This document shows positions 51,281-60,422 of a stretch of DNA of 64,000 bases, piece by piece. Position 1 is the first letter of the stretch, and every line of letters starts with the position of its first letter. Source of the stretch: an uncultured Pseudomonadota bacterium (GTDB lineage Bacteria > Myxococcota_A > Polyangia > Fen-1088); NCBI GenBank assembly GCA_963847705.1, contig CAWKBC010000007.1:75197-139196 (forward strand), given 5' to 3'. Made by a program: the position numbers and the translations under genes. Below the pieces are notes generated by a model. It was not told the DNA's origin. It saw only the letters and a list, made by a program, of their open reading frames with translations, and did no database searches.

Positions 51281-52540
51281 TCAGGCGCTGCGGCTGCGCG
51301 ACAGATCTTCGAAGTACTTACGCAGCGCCGGGAGCGCCGAGACCAGGCGCCGGAAATAATCCCGCCCCAGGAAGAGGACGCTGGTGGGCGCCACCGTGCG
51401 GACCTCTGCCGTGGTCGGGCTGTCGTCGAGCAGCGCCATCTCGCCGAACAGATCGCCGGCGCGCAGGCGAGCGACCGGCGCCCCGTGCCGGAGCACCTCG
51501 ACCTCGCCGAGCAGGATCAGGAACAGCCCCTGCCCGATCTCGTTTTCCCGGATGATGGTCGTCCCGGGCGCGACGTCGATCCCCTCGAACCGGCGGACCA
51601 GCTCCATCTGCTGCTGGTTGTCGAACGGCTTGAACAGCGGCGAGGTGGCGATCAGGTTCTTCAGCAGCCGCTCGCGCACGAAGTGGTCGAGCCGCTCGGC
51701 CAGGACCGGAACCGCGGCCGTCAGCTGGGCGACCGCCGCGCGGCTGATCTCCAGCAGATCGGCCTCGTCCAGGACCTGGATGGAAGCCGTGCGGGGCTGG
51801 TCGGTCATGAGCGCCATCTCGCCGAACAGGGCCCCCTCGAGCAGGCGGGTCAGCTCGACCGCGCGGGTGGGCCGGCCGGCGACCAGCAGTCCACCCGCCA
51901 CCACGCGCACCTCGCCCGCCGCCACGAAGTAGAACGCCGATCCGGGATCCCCCTCGCGGAAAACCAGCTCGCCGTCACGCACGCGCAGGAGGCGGGCCAT
52001 CCGCACCGCCGCGGGAAACAGCTCCGGCGGCAGCTCGGAAAAGAAGGCGACCGGCAGGAACTGCTCCGGGTACTGGACGAAGACCGAGAGATCGAGCGCG
52101 CGGGCGCGCGCCCGGGGCACCAGCTTGGCCAGATCGGCGGCCGCGGCCGGGGCGGGCGGCTCGATCGGCGCGTCGAGATCGACGGGCGCCTGACGGGCGG
52201 CGAACTTTGCCAGCGTCGGTGCGCCGTGGGCGAAGTTGCGCGCCATCGCCGCCACCAGCTGGTCGGTGTTCTGGCCCAGCGACTCGAGCACCTTGCAGCC
52301 GACCAGCGCGGGCAGGAGGTGCCCCGAGCGAACATCGTGCATCGAGACGGTCCGGAAGACCTCGACGGCGCCGGCCCGATCCCCGAGCTGAAACAGCAGG
52401 TCGCCTATCTTCCGGCGGCTGTCGCCGTCCAGCGGATTGACCGCCAGCATCTGGTCGTGGGCGGCCAGCGCGGCGGCAAATTGGCCCGCCCGGGCCAGGT
52501 TGCGTGCCTCGGTCTTCAGATCGCGAAGCGGAAGCGCCAT
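51281..52540 (-). CDS. TPR plus two cyclic-nucleotide-binding-domain protein
   Basis: N-terminal TPR-like helices; FREGDPG..FGEMALMTDQPRTAS; second IRENE..FGEMALLDDSPTTAEV; start MALPLR at 52540. Confidence 0.88.
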   Translation of the reverse strand: MALPLRDLKTEARNLARAGQFAAALAAHDQMLAVNPLDGDSRRKIGDLLFQLGDRAGAVEVFRTVSMHDVRSGHLLPALVGCKVLESLGQNTDQLVAAMARNFAHGAPTLAKFAARQAPVDLDAPIEPPAPAAAADLAKLVPRARARALDLSVFVQYPEQFLPVAFFSELPPELFPAAVRMARLLRVRDGELVFREGDPGSAFYFVAAGEVRVVAGGLLVAGRPTRAVELTRLLEGALFGEMALMTDQPRTASIQVLDEADLLEISRAAVAQLTAAVPVLAERLDHFVRERLLKNLIATSPLFKPFDNQQQMELVRRFEGIDVAPGTTIIRENEIGQGLFLILLGEVEVLRHGAPVARLRAGDLFGEMALLDDSPTTAEVRTVAPTSVLFLGRDYFRRLVSALPALRKYFEDLSRSRSA

Positions 52541-52580
52541 TGCGCAGACGTTATCCGGAGCGTGAAATGGGGTCAAAGAG

Positions 52581-53339
52581 GTGCAAGTGCCAGGCGAAGC
52601 AGACGATCCGATGGCCCGTCTCGCGGCGGTGGAGGCGCTCGGCCTGCCCGAGATCGGGCGCTCGACGCTGGGGCGGCCGATCTTCGCGCAGCGGTTCGGC
52701 GGCGGCGGCCCGCCACTCCTGGTGATGGGGGGCATCCACGGCGACGAGCCCGCCAGCGTCGATCTGCTGGTCGAGCTCTGCGGCCGGTTGGCGGGCAGGC
52801 AGAGTGGCAAGCAGGGTGAAGCGACCGCCGCTGTCGAGCCCCCCGTGTGGCTGGTGCCGGCCGCCAACCCCGACGGGCTGGCGCGGAACCGCAAGAACTC
52901 GGAGCGCGACGTCGATCTGAACCGCAACTTCCCGGCGCGTTCGTTCACCACCGCGCACGCGCCCGGCTACTTCCCGGGGCCATCGCCGCTGTCGGAGCCC
53001 GAAACGCAGGCGATCGCCGCGCTCATTGCGCGGGAGCCGATCCGGGGCGCCGTCGCCGTGCACGCCCCGTTCGCCTGCGTGAACTATGACGGACCGGCGG
53101 CCGGCTGGGCCGAGGCGGTGGCGGCCGCCTGCGGCTGGCCCGCCAGGGGGGAGATCGGCTACCCGACCCCGGGCTCGTTCGGGTCGTGGTTGGGCGTCGA
53201 CCGCGGCCTGCCGATCCTGACGCTGGAGCTGCCGCCCGGACCGCTGGCCCAGTTTCGCGCCCAGGCGACCGCCGCCATCGATGCGAGCCTGGCAAGCCTC
53301 GCAAGTTCGGCAAGTTTCGACGATTTCCGCCGACGCTGA
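52581..53339 (+). CDS. M14 zinc carboxypeptidase (MpaA murein-peptide amidase-like)
   Basis: GGIHGDE (HxxE), NPDG, DLNRNF, SEPET, VH, YPTPGSFG, TLEL. Confidence 0.88.
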   Translation: MQVPGEADDPMARLAAVEALGLPEIGRSTLGRPIFAQRFGGGGPPLLVMGGIHGDEPASVDLLVELCGRLAGRQSGKQGEATAAVEPPVWLVPAANPDGLARNRKNSERDVDLNRNFPARSFTTAHAPGYFPGPSPLSEPETQAIAALIAREPIRGAVAVHAPFACVNYDGPAAGWAEAVAAACGWPARGEIGYPTPGSFGSWLGVDRGLPILTLELPPGPLAQFRAQATAAIDASLASLASSASFDDFRRR

Positions 53340-53417
53340 TCCCCCGGAGGGGTGCGGTCTCGGGGTATACTGCTTGACAGGTGGGCAGGCTCGTACTTTT
53401 CTGACCCCCTGCGCGCG

Positions 53418-54002
53418 ATGGACAACACGGAACGTATGTTTCTGGACACGATGTCGAGAGCGCTCGTCTCTCTCCCTTTCGACCTCAAAATCCTTTTGGA
53501 AGCGGTAGCTGATTCCGACCTCGAGCGCGGCGTGCGCGAGCTGGCGGCCGGCACCGTGGTTCACGTGATCACGCCCAAGGACGGAAACGTCGAAGCGCCG
53601 TTGCGCTACGCCGAGGACGTGGTTCAGCTGCGGCTGGCGCTGGCGAAGATCGCCGCCGAGGGGGGCGAAGGTGCGCCGGCGTTCCGTGCCCGCTTCGCCG
53701 AGGACTACGCGAAGTTCGACGAAGAGCTGGGCCTTTTCCGGCAGACGCTGGGCGCCGACATCGTCGACTGGCTCGACAGCCGCTGGGCCGCGATGCTCAA
53801 GGGCGTGTACGCCAAGAAGAAGATCGCGATGTTCGTCGACGACGAAGAGGTCGGGACCTTCCTCTATGACGAGGGGCTGAAGTTCGCGACGCTCTACCCG
53901 ATCACCGAGAAGTCGCTGGCCGGGCGGGTGAAGCAGGCTCAGCCGTTCGTGGATCATCTGGCGCGCAAGCGCGATCAGGACAAGAAGAAGATCACGTCCT
54001 AG
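53418..54002 (+). CDS. Hypothetical alpha-helical protein
   Basis: Clean high-GC3 coding pattern, charged helical composition; start MDNTER. Confidence 0.75.
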   Translation: MDNTERMFLDTMSRALVSLPFDLKILLEAVADSDLERGVRELAAGTVVHVITPKDGNVEAPLRYAEDVVQLRLALAKIAAEGGEGAPAFRARFAEDYAKFDEELGLFRQTLGADIVDWLDSRWAAMLKGVYAKKKIAMFVDDEEVGTFLYDEGLKFATLYPITEKSLAGRVKQAQPFVDHLARKRDQDKKKITS

Positions 54003-54057
54003 CCGGGCGTGGTCTGCTGTTTGGACGCCCGCGTTGTGACGAAGGGAGAAGGTCGCT

Positions 54058-54981
54058 GTGATGTCGCGCGTGCCTGTGGTCGCCTTGCCGGGTGACTCTC
54101 CGGCCAGCCTGCTGGAGATCGCGGTGGCCGTCGCGCGTGGCGCGGAGGCGCCCCCGCCGGAGATCACCGTCGCCGCGCGGCCGGCCGCCACGCTGCTGAG
54201 GCAGCTTCCCGCGCCGCAGATCCGCTCGGCCATCGAATCGGTGATCATGGCGCGCTCGCTCGACGTCGGCCTGCAGTGGATGCACGACGCCGGCGTGCTG
54301 GCGGCGCTCCTGCCCGAGCTCGAGGCGACGGTCGACTTCTCGCAGGAGGCCGGGCGGCGCCACAAGGACGTCTGGGAGCACACCAAGCAGGTGGTGGTCC
54401 AGTCGGTGCCGAACCCGCTCGTCCGCTGGGCCGCGCTCTTGCACGACGTCGGCAAGGTGCCGACGCGGGTGATGCTCCCCGACGGCAAGGTGACCTTCCA
54501 CCGCCACGCCGAGGTGGGCGCGCGGATGTGGGATCCGATCGCCAAGCGGCTGGGATTCGACAAGACCGAGCGGCACAAGATCCGCTTCCTGGTGCTGCAC
54601 CACCTGCGGGCCAACGCCTACGAGCCGGGCTGGACCGACGCGGCGGTGCGCCGCTTCGACCACGAGATGGGCGACCACCTGGACGATCTGCTCGACCTGT
54701 CGCGCGCCGACGTGACCTCGCGCCGGCCGGGACGACGCCAGGAGGCGGTCCGCAACATCCACGCCCTCAAGGAGCGGATCCTGGCGATTCGCGCCCTCGA
54801 CGCGCGCGTGCCGCCGCTGCCCCCGGGGCTCGGCAACACGATCATGGAGATCTTCGGCCTGCCCCCCTCGAAGCGGATCGGGGATCTGCGCAAGCTGTGC
54901 GAGGAGGCCGTCGAGCGCGGCGAGCTCGAAGAACGCCGCGACGCCGCCTACTACGTCGACTTCCTGCGCGACAAGATCTGA
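54058..54981 (+). CDS. HD-domain protein resembling the body/tail of CCA-adding enzymes, without the nucleotidyltransferase head
   Basis: LLPEL, HKDVWEHT, AALLHDVGK, FHRHAEVGA, HHLR, WTDAAVRR, LSRADVTS, IMEIFGLPPSKRIG; no GGxVRD/DxD head domain. Confidence 0.85.
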   Translation: MMSRVPVVALPGDSPASLLEIAVAVARGAEAPPPEITVAARPAATLLRQLPAPQIRSAIESVIMARSLDVGLQWMHDAGVLAALLPELEATVDFSQEAGRRHKDVWEHTKQVVVQSVPNPLVRWAALLHDVGKVPTRVMLPDGKVTFHRHAEVGARMWDPIAKRLGFDKTERHKIRFLVLHHLRANAYEPGWTDAAVRRFDHEMGDHLDDLLDLSRADVTSRRPGRRQEAVRNIHALKERILAIRALDARVPPLPPGLGNTIMEIFGLPPSKRIGDLRKLCEEAVERGELEERRDAAYYVDFLRDKI

Positions 54982-54996
54982 GGGCCCGGCAGGCGC

Positions 54997-55260
54997 TTGC
55001 CACCGACCGGACCGTCGGCGGAGGCAATCCTCGAAAACATCGAACGAGGCGCGTTTCTGGTCCCTTTTCGTCTCGAGGAATCGTCTCTGACTGTTCGCGC
55101 GCTCATGAAGCGCTACGCCAGGGTCCCGATGGACTTCGCAGACGCATGCCTGGTATCGCTCGCCGACACCTTCAGCACGGGTCGCATCCTGACCCTCGAC
55201 AGCGACTTCCACGTCTACCGCTGGCGCCGCACGCGCGCGTTCGAGCTCCTCGTAAACTGA
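54997..55260 (+). pseudogene. 5'-truncated PIN-domain (VapC-like) toxin fragment
   Basis: LMKRYARVPMDFADACLV...ILTLDSDFHVYR is the VapC C-terminal half; the N-terminal VDT/D and E motifs and an antitoxin gene are absent. Confidence 0.7.
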
Positions 55261-55300
55261 GGTTCTCGTGATGAGCCACCGCTCTCTCGATGACCGGCCG

Positions 55301-55477
55301 TCAGTCCCAGTCGCCGACGCCTTCGAGCGGCTCGTCTTTTTCCCAGTGGGCGAGGTTGCGCTTGCGGCGGCGCAGGGTGCGGACCTCGGAGGCGACGAAG
55401 GCTGTGCAGCCGATCGAGGCGATCACGACGGCGATCAGCGCCCAGAGCGGCATGCTCGGAGTTTGTACCGGCGGCAT
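55301..55477 (-). CDS. Small single-TM hypothetical protein
   Basis: MPPVQTPSMPLWALIAVVIASIGCTAFVA TM followed by RRRKR (positive-inside) and an acidic tail. Confidence 0.5.
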   Translation of the reverse strand: MPPVQTPSMPLWALIAVVIASIGCTAFVASEVRTLRRRKRNLAHWEKDEPLEGVGDWD

Positions 55478-55507
55478 CTCGAATGCCAGACTGGGTGACG
55501 AGACGCC

Positions 55508-56389
55508 ATGCCCGAGCTGCCCGATCTGGTCCATGTCGAGGATGTCCTGCGCGGCGCGCTGGCCGGGAAGACCATCTCCGCCGCCCGCACGGGGGATCCG
55601 ACCGTCCTGCGCATCATGGTGCGCGAGCCGTTTCCGGCTCTGCTGGCGGGACGGCGGCTGGAGACGGTCGAGCGGCGCGGACAGTTCATGCGCTTCGGGC
55701 TCGACGGCGGGCTGGTCATCGTGGTCAACGCCATGCTGGCCGGGCGTTACAAGCTGATCCCTTCAGGGTCCGCTGAGGCCAAGAAGAAGGATCCCCGCGC
55801 GCTCGGGCTGGCGCTCAGCTTCACCGACGCGCCCGAGCTTCAGTACGTCGACGACAAGCGGATGGGGAAGGTCTATTTGGCACGCGCCGAGGACGAAAAC
55901 CAGATCCCCGTCTACGGCGAGCTGGGCCTCGATCTGATGTCCCCGGCCTTCACGCGCGCGGCCTTCGCGAAGGCGATCGCCGGGCGGCGGGATCAGACCC
56001 GCGCGTTCCTCATGGACAAGCGGGCGCTCGCCTCGATCGGCAACGCCTACGCCGACGAGATCCTCTTCGCCGCGCGCATTCACCCCAAGACCTTCTGCGG
56101 CAAGCTGCAGCCGGCCGAGGTCGATGCGCTCTACGAGGCGATCGGCCGTGTGCTCCGCGAGGCGATCGCCGAGATCCGAAAGCGGAACGAGCCCCCCGAG
56201 GTGAAGGTGCGCGACTTTCTCAAGGTGCGCGGTCGCGACGGCAAGCCCTGTCTCGTCTGCGGCACCACGATCCGCGCCGTGCGGGTCGGTGACGGCGACG
56301 CCTGCTTCTGCCCGCAGTGCCAGCCCGAGACACGCAAGCTCTTCGTCTCCTGGTCGAAATTACCTGCCGCGAAGGGCGAAGAGAAATAG
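55508..56389 (+). CDS. Fpg/Nei family DNA glycosylase/AP lyase
   Basis: MPELP start, RRGQ, H2TH motif SIGNAYADEILFAARIHP, C-terminal CxxC...CxxC zinc finger. Confidence 0.92.
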   Translation: MPELPDLVHVEDVLRGALAGKTISAARTGDPTVLRIMVREPFPALLAGRRLETVERRGQFMRFGLDGGLVIVVNAMLAGRYKLIPSGSAEAKKKDPRALGLALSFTDAPELQYVDDKRMGKVYLARAEDENQIPVYGELGLDLMSPAFTRAAFAKAIAGRRDQTRAFLMDKRALASIGNAYADEILFAARIHPKTFCGKLQPAEVDALYEAIGRVLREAIAEIRKRNEPPEVKVRDFLKVRGRDGKPCLVCGTTIRAVRVGDGDACFCPQCQPETRKLFVSWSKLPAAKGEEK

Positions 56390-57136
56390 CGCGGCGGCGG
56401 TCGCCACGTTGAGCGAATCGGCGCCGGGCGACATGGGGATGGTGACCCGGTGGTCGCAGGCCGCGCGCGCCTCCGGCGAGAGGCCGGGCCCCTCGGCGCC
56501 GAACATCAGCGCGACGCGGGGGGGGCGGGCGAAATCGGTCAGCGGGACCGCGTCGGGATCGAGCACCGCGCCGACCAGCGAAACCCCTTCGGCGCGCAGC
56601 GCCTGCAGCTCGTCGGGCCAGCGGGTGAGCCGCACGATCGGTACGGTGAAGACGGCGCCCAGCGAGACGCGGATCGCCTTGCGGTAGAACGGGTCGGCCG
56701 AGCGCGGCGAGAGCAGGATCGCGTCGGCGCCGAAGGCGGCCGCATGGCGAGCGATGGCTCCCAGGTTGTCGACGTCGGTCAGATCCTCGAGGACGACCAG
56801 CGTGCGCGCGTCGCGGGGGATCGCGGCCGCGGGCGGTCGCAGGCCGACGGCGAGGCAGCCTCGGTGGACGTGGAATCCGGCCACCTGGTCGAGCAGGCTC
56901 TGCGGCGCCAGGTAGACGGGGAACTCGCCGCCCAGCGCGTCGGCCAGCGTCACCAGCCGCGGCGCCGTCAGCAGCACCGATTGAATCGGGAGGCCACTTC
57001 CGACGAGGCGCCGGACCACCCGCTCGCTCTCGGCCACGAAACGCCCCTCCTCGTTGAGCCGGCGCTCCTTCAGCGACCGGTAGTCGGCCAGGCGCGGATC
57101 GTCGGCGTCGAGGATGTCGATCGGCGGCAATGACAC
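56360..57136 (-). CDS. TrmH/SpoU family RNA methyltransferase
   Basis: DVDNLGAIAR, RKAIRVSLG, FGAEGPGL, IPM..DSLNVATAAA SPOUT motifs. Confidence 0.93.
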   Translation of the reverse strand: MSLPPIDILDADDPRLADYRSLKERRLNEEGRFVAESERVVRRLVGSGLPIQSVLLTAPRLVTLADALGGEFPVYLAPQSLLDQVAGFHVHRGCLAVGLRPPAAAIPRDARTLVVLEDLTDVDNLGAIARHAAAFGADAILLSPRSADPFYRKAIRVSLGAVFTVPIVRLTRWPDELQALRAEGVSLVGAVLDPDAVPLTDFARPPRVALMFGAEGPGLSPEARAACDHRVTIPMSPGADSLNVATAAALFLFALRGR

Positions 57137-57193
57137 ATCTGGCAGGATAGTGGATCACGCTGCTGCGGAGCGCCTGCATGATAGAACCCGCGC

Positions 57194-58183
57194 ATGCGCC
57201 CTGCCCCTCTGCGAGGTAAAGGACCCTCAGAGGCTCCTTTGGATCCCCCGCGGGCGAGCGTCGCCGGGCGAAGCCCGTCGGCGCTCACGCGACTGCTGGT
57301 GGCCGCCGGGCTCACCGCCACCTGCTCGAGCGCCCAGGAGCCGCACGGCTCGCCGGTGCTGCTCAGCGTCCAGTGGATCTCCGGCGGAGCCAGAACGCAG
57401 GTCTGGACCCCGACCGAGACCGGGACCGTGCAGGTGTCGGCGGCCGGCCAGGAGGTCGACTTCGTGTTCGACCGGCTGCTCGACGGCAACCGGATCGAAG
57501 ACGTCGTCACGCAGAACGGCGTCGAGACGACCGTCCCCAAGGCGACGCCGCCCATCACCACCTCCTGGCCCGACGCCGCCACCGTGATGAGCGCGCCGCC
57601 GTTCTTCGATCAGGTCCGCTACAACAGCGAGCCCTACTATGGCCCGGCGACCGCCTACGTCCTGCTTCAGCCGGCCGTGGTCGGATTCCCCTCCTCGGAC
57701 ACCATCACCTTCTCGCTCGACCGGACCAACCTGACCAGCGCCTACGGCGACCAGATGATCGGGCCAAGCCAGATCTCGGTGACGACCGGGCCGTTTTCGG
57801 CGTCGTTTGCTCTCCCGACCGGCGCCGACGGGTCGGTCTCGGTGCCGCCGAAATCTCCTCTCCAGGCCGTCTTCTCCAACCGCGTGGCGAGCGCGGCCAC
57901 CGTGGCACCGTTCGTCCATGTCCAGGCGAACGGCCTGGCGGTGCCGGTGGTCCTGGCAGCCGACGCCAGCAATCTGACGATCGTCTATCTGTCACCCGCG
58001 AGCTGCCTGGGCGGCTGGCCCGTCGGCGTTCCGATCGACGTGACGATCGCGGCCGGGGTGCCCGACGCGTTCGGGGTCCTCATGGCCGGCGACGCCCACA
58101 CCACCTTCATGGCCAGCGGCGTGGCGCCCCCCGCTCCCGATGGCGGCTGCCCAGCGACCGCGGTCGACGGCGGCGTCGACTAG
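57194..58183 (+). CDS. Hypothetical exported lipoprotein, beta-rich/Ig-like
   Basis: Hydrophobic LLVAAGLTATC lipobox-like segment; Thr/Val/Pro-rich beta strands; VFSN..GVPDAFG Ig-like tail; start uncertain. Confidence 0.6.
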   Translation: MRPAPLRGKGPSEAPLDPPRASVAGRSPSALTRLLVAAGLTATCSSAQEPHGSPVLLSVQWISGGARTQVWTPTETGTVQVSAAGQEVDFVFDRLLDGNRIEDVVTQNGVETTVPKATPPITTSWPDAATVMSAPPFFDQVRYNSEPYYGPATAYVLLQPAVVGFPSSDTITFSLDRTNLTSAYGDQMIGPSQISVTTGPFSASFALPTGADGSVSVPPKSPLQAVFSNRVASAATVAPFVHVQANGLAVPVVLAADASNLTIVYLSPASCLGGWPVGVPIDVTIAAGVPDAFGVLMAGDAHTTFMASGVAPPAPDGGCPATAVDGGVD

Positions 58184-58198
58184 AGGCAGGCGCGACCT

Positions 58199-58951
58199 TC
58201 AGTCGATCTGACGGGCGAACACCTCGGCGAAGGTGTCGCGGACGGCGAGCTTGACCGCGTCGAGCGAGATCGGGCGCCCGAGCTCGCCGGACATCGAGCC
58301 CATCACCGCGGCGTCGAGGCCGCAAGGGTTGATGGCGGCGAAGCGCGCCAGATCGGTGGCGACGTTGAGCGCGAAGCCGTGCATCGTCACCCAGCGTTTG
58401 ACCGCCACGCCGATCGAGGCGAGCTTGCGCGCCCCCCCGGCGGTCCACACCCCCGTCCAGCCGCTCTTGCGCTCGCCCACCAGGTCGAAGCGCGCCAGCG
58501 CCCGGATCAGCGCCTCTTCCAGGTTGCGCAGGTAGACGTGCAGGTCGCGCTCGTCGTCGCGCAAGAGAAAGATCGGGTAGCCGACCAGCTGTCCGGGCCC
58601 GTGGTAGGTGACGTCGCCGCCCCGTTCAATCTCGAACAGCGGGATCCCGTCTACTGTTGGCGGGAACCCTGAGAGGGTTCCCGCACCCTCCCGCGATGGA
58701 CTCTGCCGGGCGAGGCCCGGCTCCGTCCGCGCGACTCCGAGCAGGTTCTCTTTGTGCGCGCTGCGGCCGGCGGTGATGACGTGGGGGTGCTCGACGAAGA
58801 GCAGCGTGTCGGGGATCTCGTCTTTCTGGCGTGCGCTCACCAGCCCGCGCTGCTGGGCCCAGACCTCCCCGAACTCACGGGTGCCGAGATCGATGAGGCG
58901 CGCGGGCTTCGTCGCGGACTCGGTCGCTGGCTTGGTCGCGGGCTCGGTCAC
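58199..58951 (-). CDS. lipB: Octanoyltransferase LipB with an in-frame repeat-derived insertion
   Basis: EHPHVITAGR, RGGDVTYHGPGQLVGYPI, KLASIG, HGFALN, INPCG. Confidence 0.96.
   Translation of the reverse strand: MTEPATKPATESATKPARLIDLGTREFGEVWAQQRGLVSARQKDEIPDTLLFVEHPHVITAGRSAHKENLLGVARTEPGLARQSPSREGAGTLSGFPPTVDGIPLFEIERGGDVTYHGPGQLVGYPIFLLRDDERDLHVYLRNLEEALIRALARFDLVGERKSGWTGVWTAGGARKLASIGVAVKRWVTMHGFALNVATDLARFAAINPCGLDAAVMGSMSGELGRPISLDAVKLAVRDTFAEVFARQID
58660..58730 (+). repeat. REP-like family A copy inside lipB
   Basis: GCGGGAACCCT-GAG-AGGGTTCCCGC-ACCCTCCCGCGATGGACTCTGCCGGGCGAGGCCCGGCTCCGTCC, nearly colinear with 14101-14169. Confidence 0.88.
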
Positions 58952-60372
58952 CGGTTAACAATATGGATCGCTTCGCCCAGGCTCGCCTTGGCGGCCTCCA
59001 TGATCGCCTCGGGGAGCGTCGGGTGGGCGTGGATGGTCAGGCTGATGTCATCCGCCAGCGCGCCCATCTCGATCGCCAGCGCCGCCTCGGCGATGACGTC
59101 CGAGGCGCCGTTGCCGACGACGTGGATCCCCAGCACCTCTTTGCTCTCGGCGTCGATCACCACCTTCACGAACCCGTCGGTGTCGGCGTTGGCGATGGCG
59201 CGACCGAGGGCCGCGAAGGGGAACTTGCCCACCTTGATGGCCCGCCCCTTCTTGGTCGCTTCGTCGGCGCTGATCCCGACCGAGGCGACCTCCGGATCGC
59301 TGAAGATGACCGAGGGGATGGCGCGAACGTCCATCTCGGCCTTGTGCCCGGCGATCACCTCGGCCACCACCTCGGCCTCGTGCGAGGCCTTGTGCGCCAG
59401 CATCGGCTGCCCCGCGACGTCGCCGATGGCATAGATGCCGGGGACGTTGGTGCGCAGCTGGCGATCGACGGGGACAAATCCCCGCTCGATCTTCACGCCG
59501 ATCTCCTCGAGGCCGAGCCCCTCGGAGTTGGGCCGCCGTCCGACCGCCACCAAAACCTTGTCAGCTTCGATCGTCTGGGTCTTTCCGCCCGCGTCGCCGC
59601 CCACGTCGATGGTCACCTCCGCGCGGCCGTTCTTCTCGGCCCACGACTTGGCCTTGGCGCCGGTCAGCACCTCGACGCCCAGCTTCTTGAGCTTGCGGGC
59701 GACCAGCTGGACGAGGTCCGGATCGTTCCCCGGCAGGATGGCCGGCAACGCCTCGACGACGGTGACCTTCGACCCGAGCTTGGCGTAGAGGGTCCCGATC
59801 TCGATCCCGATGTAGCCGCCGCCGATGACGACGAAGCGCTCCGGCACCGTGGCGAAGTCGAGCGCGCCGGTCGAGTCGACGATCCGGTCGCCGTCGAACT
59901 TGAAACCCGGGATCTCGATCGGCCGCGACCCGGTGGCGATCACGATGTGGTCGGCGGTGATGACCGTCTTCCCCTTGCCGTCGGGAGCGGTCAGCTCGAC
60001 GGTGTCGCGGGAGACGAACCGCGCCACGCCGGTCCGGTAGTCGCACCCGTTGGCCTTGAGCAGGCTCTTCACGCCGCCGGTCAGCTTGGAGACGACGTCG
60101 CATTTCCAGGCCTGCATCTTGGCCATGTCGACCCGCGGGTTGTCGGCCAGGATCCCGATGTCGGCGCCGTGCCGGATCTTCTCGAAGATCTTCGAGGCGT
60201 TGATGAGCGCCTTCGAGGGGATGCAGCCGACGTTCAGGCAGATGCCGCCCGGCTTGTCCTTCTCCACCACCAGCGCCTTCTTCTTGAGCTGCCCGAGCCG
60301 GATCCCCGCGACATAGCCGCCGGGGCCGGCGCCGATCACCAGCGCTTCGACACGAATCGTCTCGTCTGCCAT
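58948..60372 (-). CDS. lpdA: Dihydrolipoamide dehydrogenase (E3)
   Basis: GAGPGG, GGICLNVGCIPSK, ATGS, GGGYIG, AIGDV, HAHPTLPE. Confidence 0.97.
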   Translation of the reverse strand: MADETIRVEALVIGAGPGGYVAGIRLGQLKKKALVVEKDKPGGICLNVGCIPSKALINASKIFEKIRHGADIGILADNPRVDMAKMQAWKCDVVSKLTGGVKSLLKANGCDYRTGVARFVSRDTVELTAPDGKGKTVITADHIVIATGSRPIEIPGFKFDGDRIVDSTGALDFATVPERFVVIGGGYIGIEIGTLYAKLGSKVTVVEALPAILPGNDPDLVQLVARKLKKLGVEVLTGAKAKSWAEKNGRAEVTIDVGGDAGGKTQTIEADKVLVAVGRRPNSEGLGLEEIGVKIERGFVPVDRQLRTNVPGIYAIGDVAGQPMLAHKASHEAEVVAEVIAGHKAEMDVRAIPSVIFSDPEVASVGISADEATKKGRAIKVGKFPFAALGRAIANADTDGFVKVVIDAESKEVLGIHVVGNGASDVIAEAALAIEMGALADDISLTIHAHPTLPEAIMEAAKASLGEAIHIVNR

Positions 60373-60422
60373 AGCGGGACGCTTATACCCGAACGAGCGT
60401 CGCCGGCAACCTGCGCCGTGAG

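Noticed and set aside
55508-55530. MPELPD instead of MPELPE as a sign of an inactive glycosylase
   Set aside because: Catalytic Pro2 and Glu3 are intact; the change is conservative.
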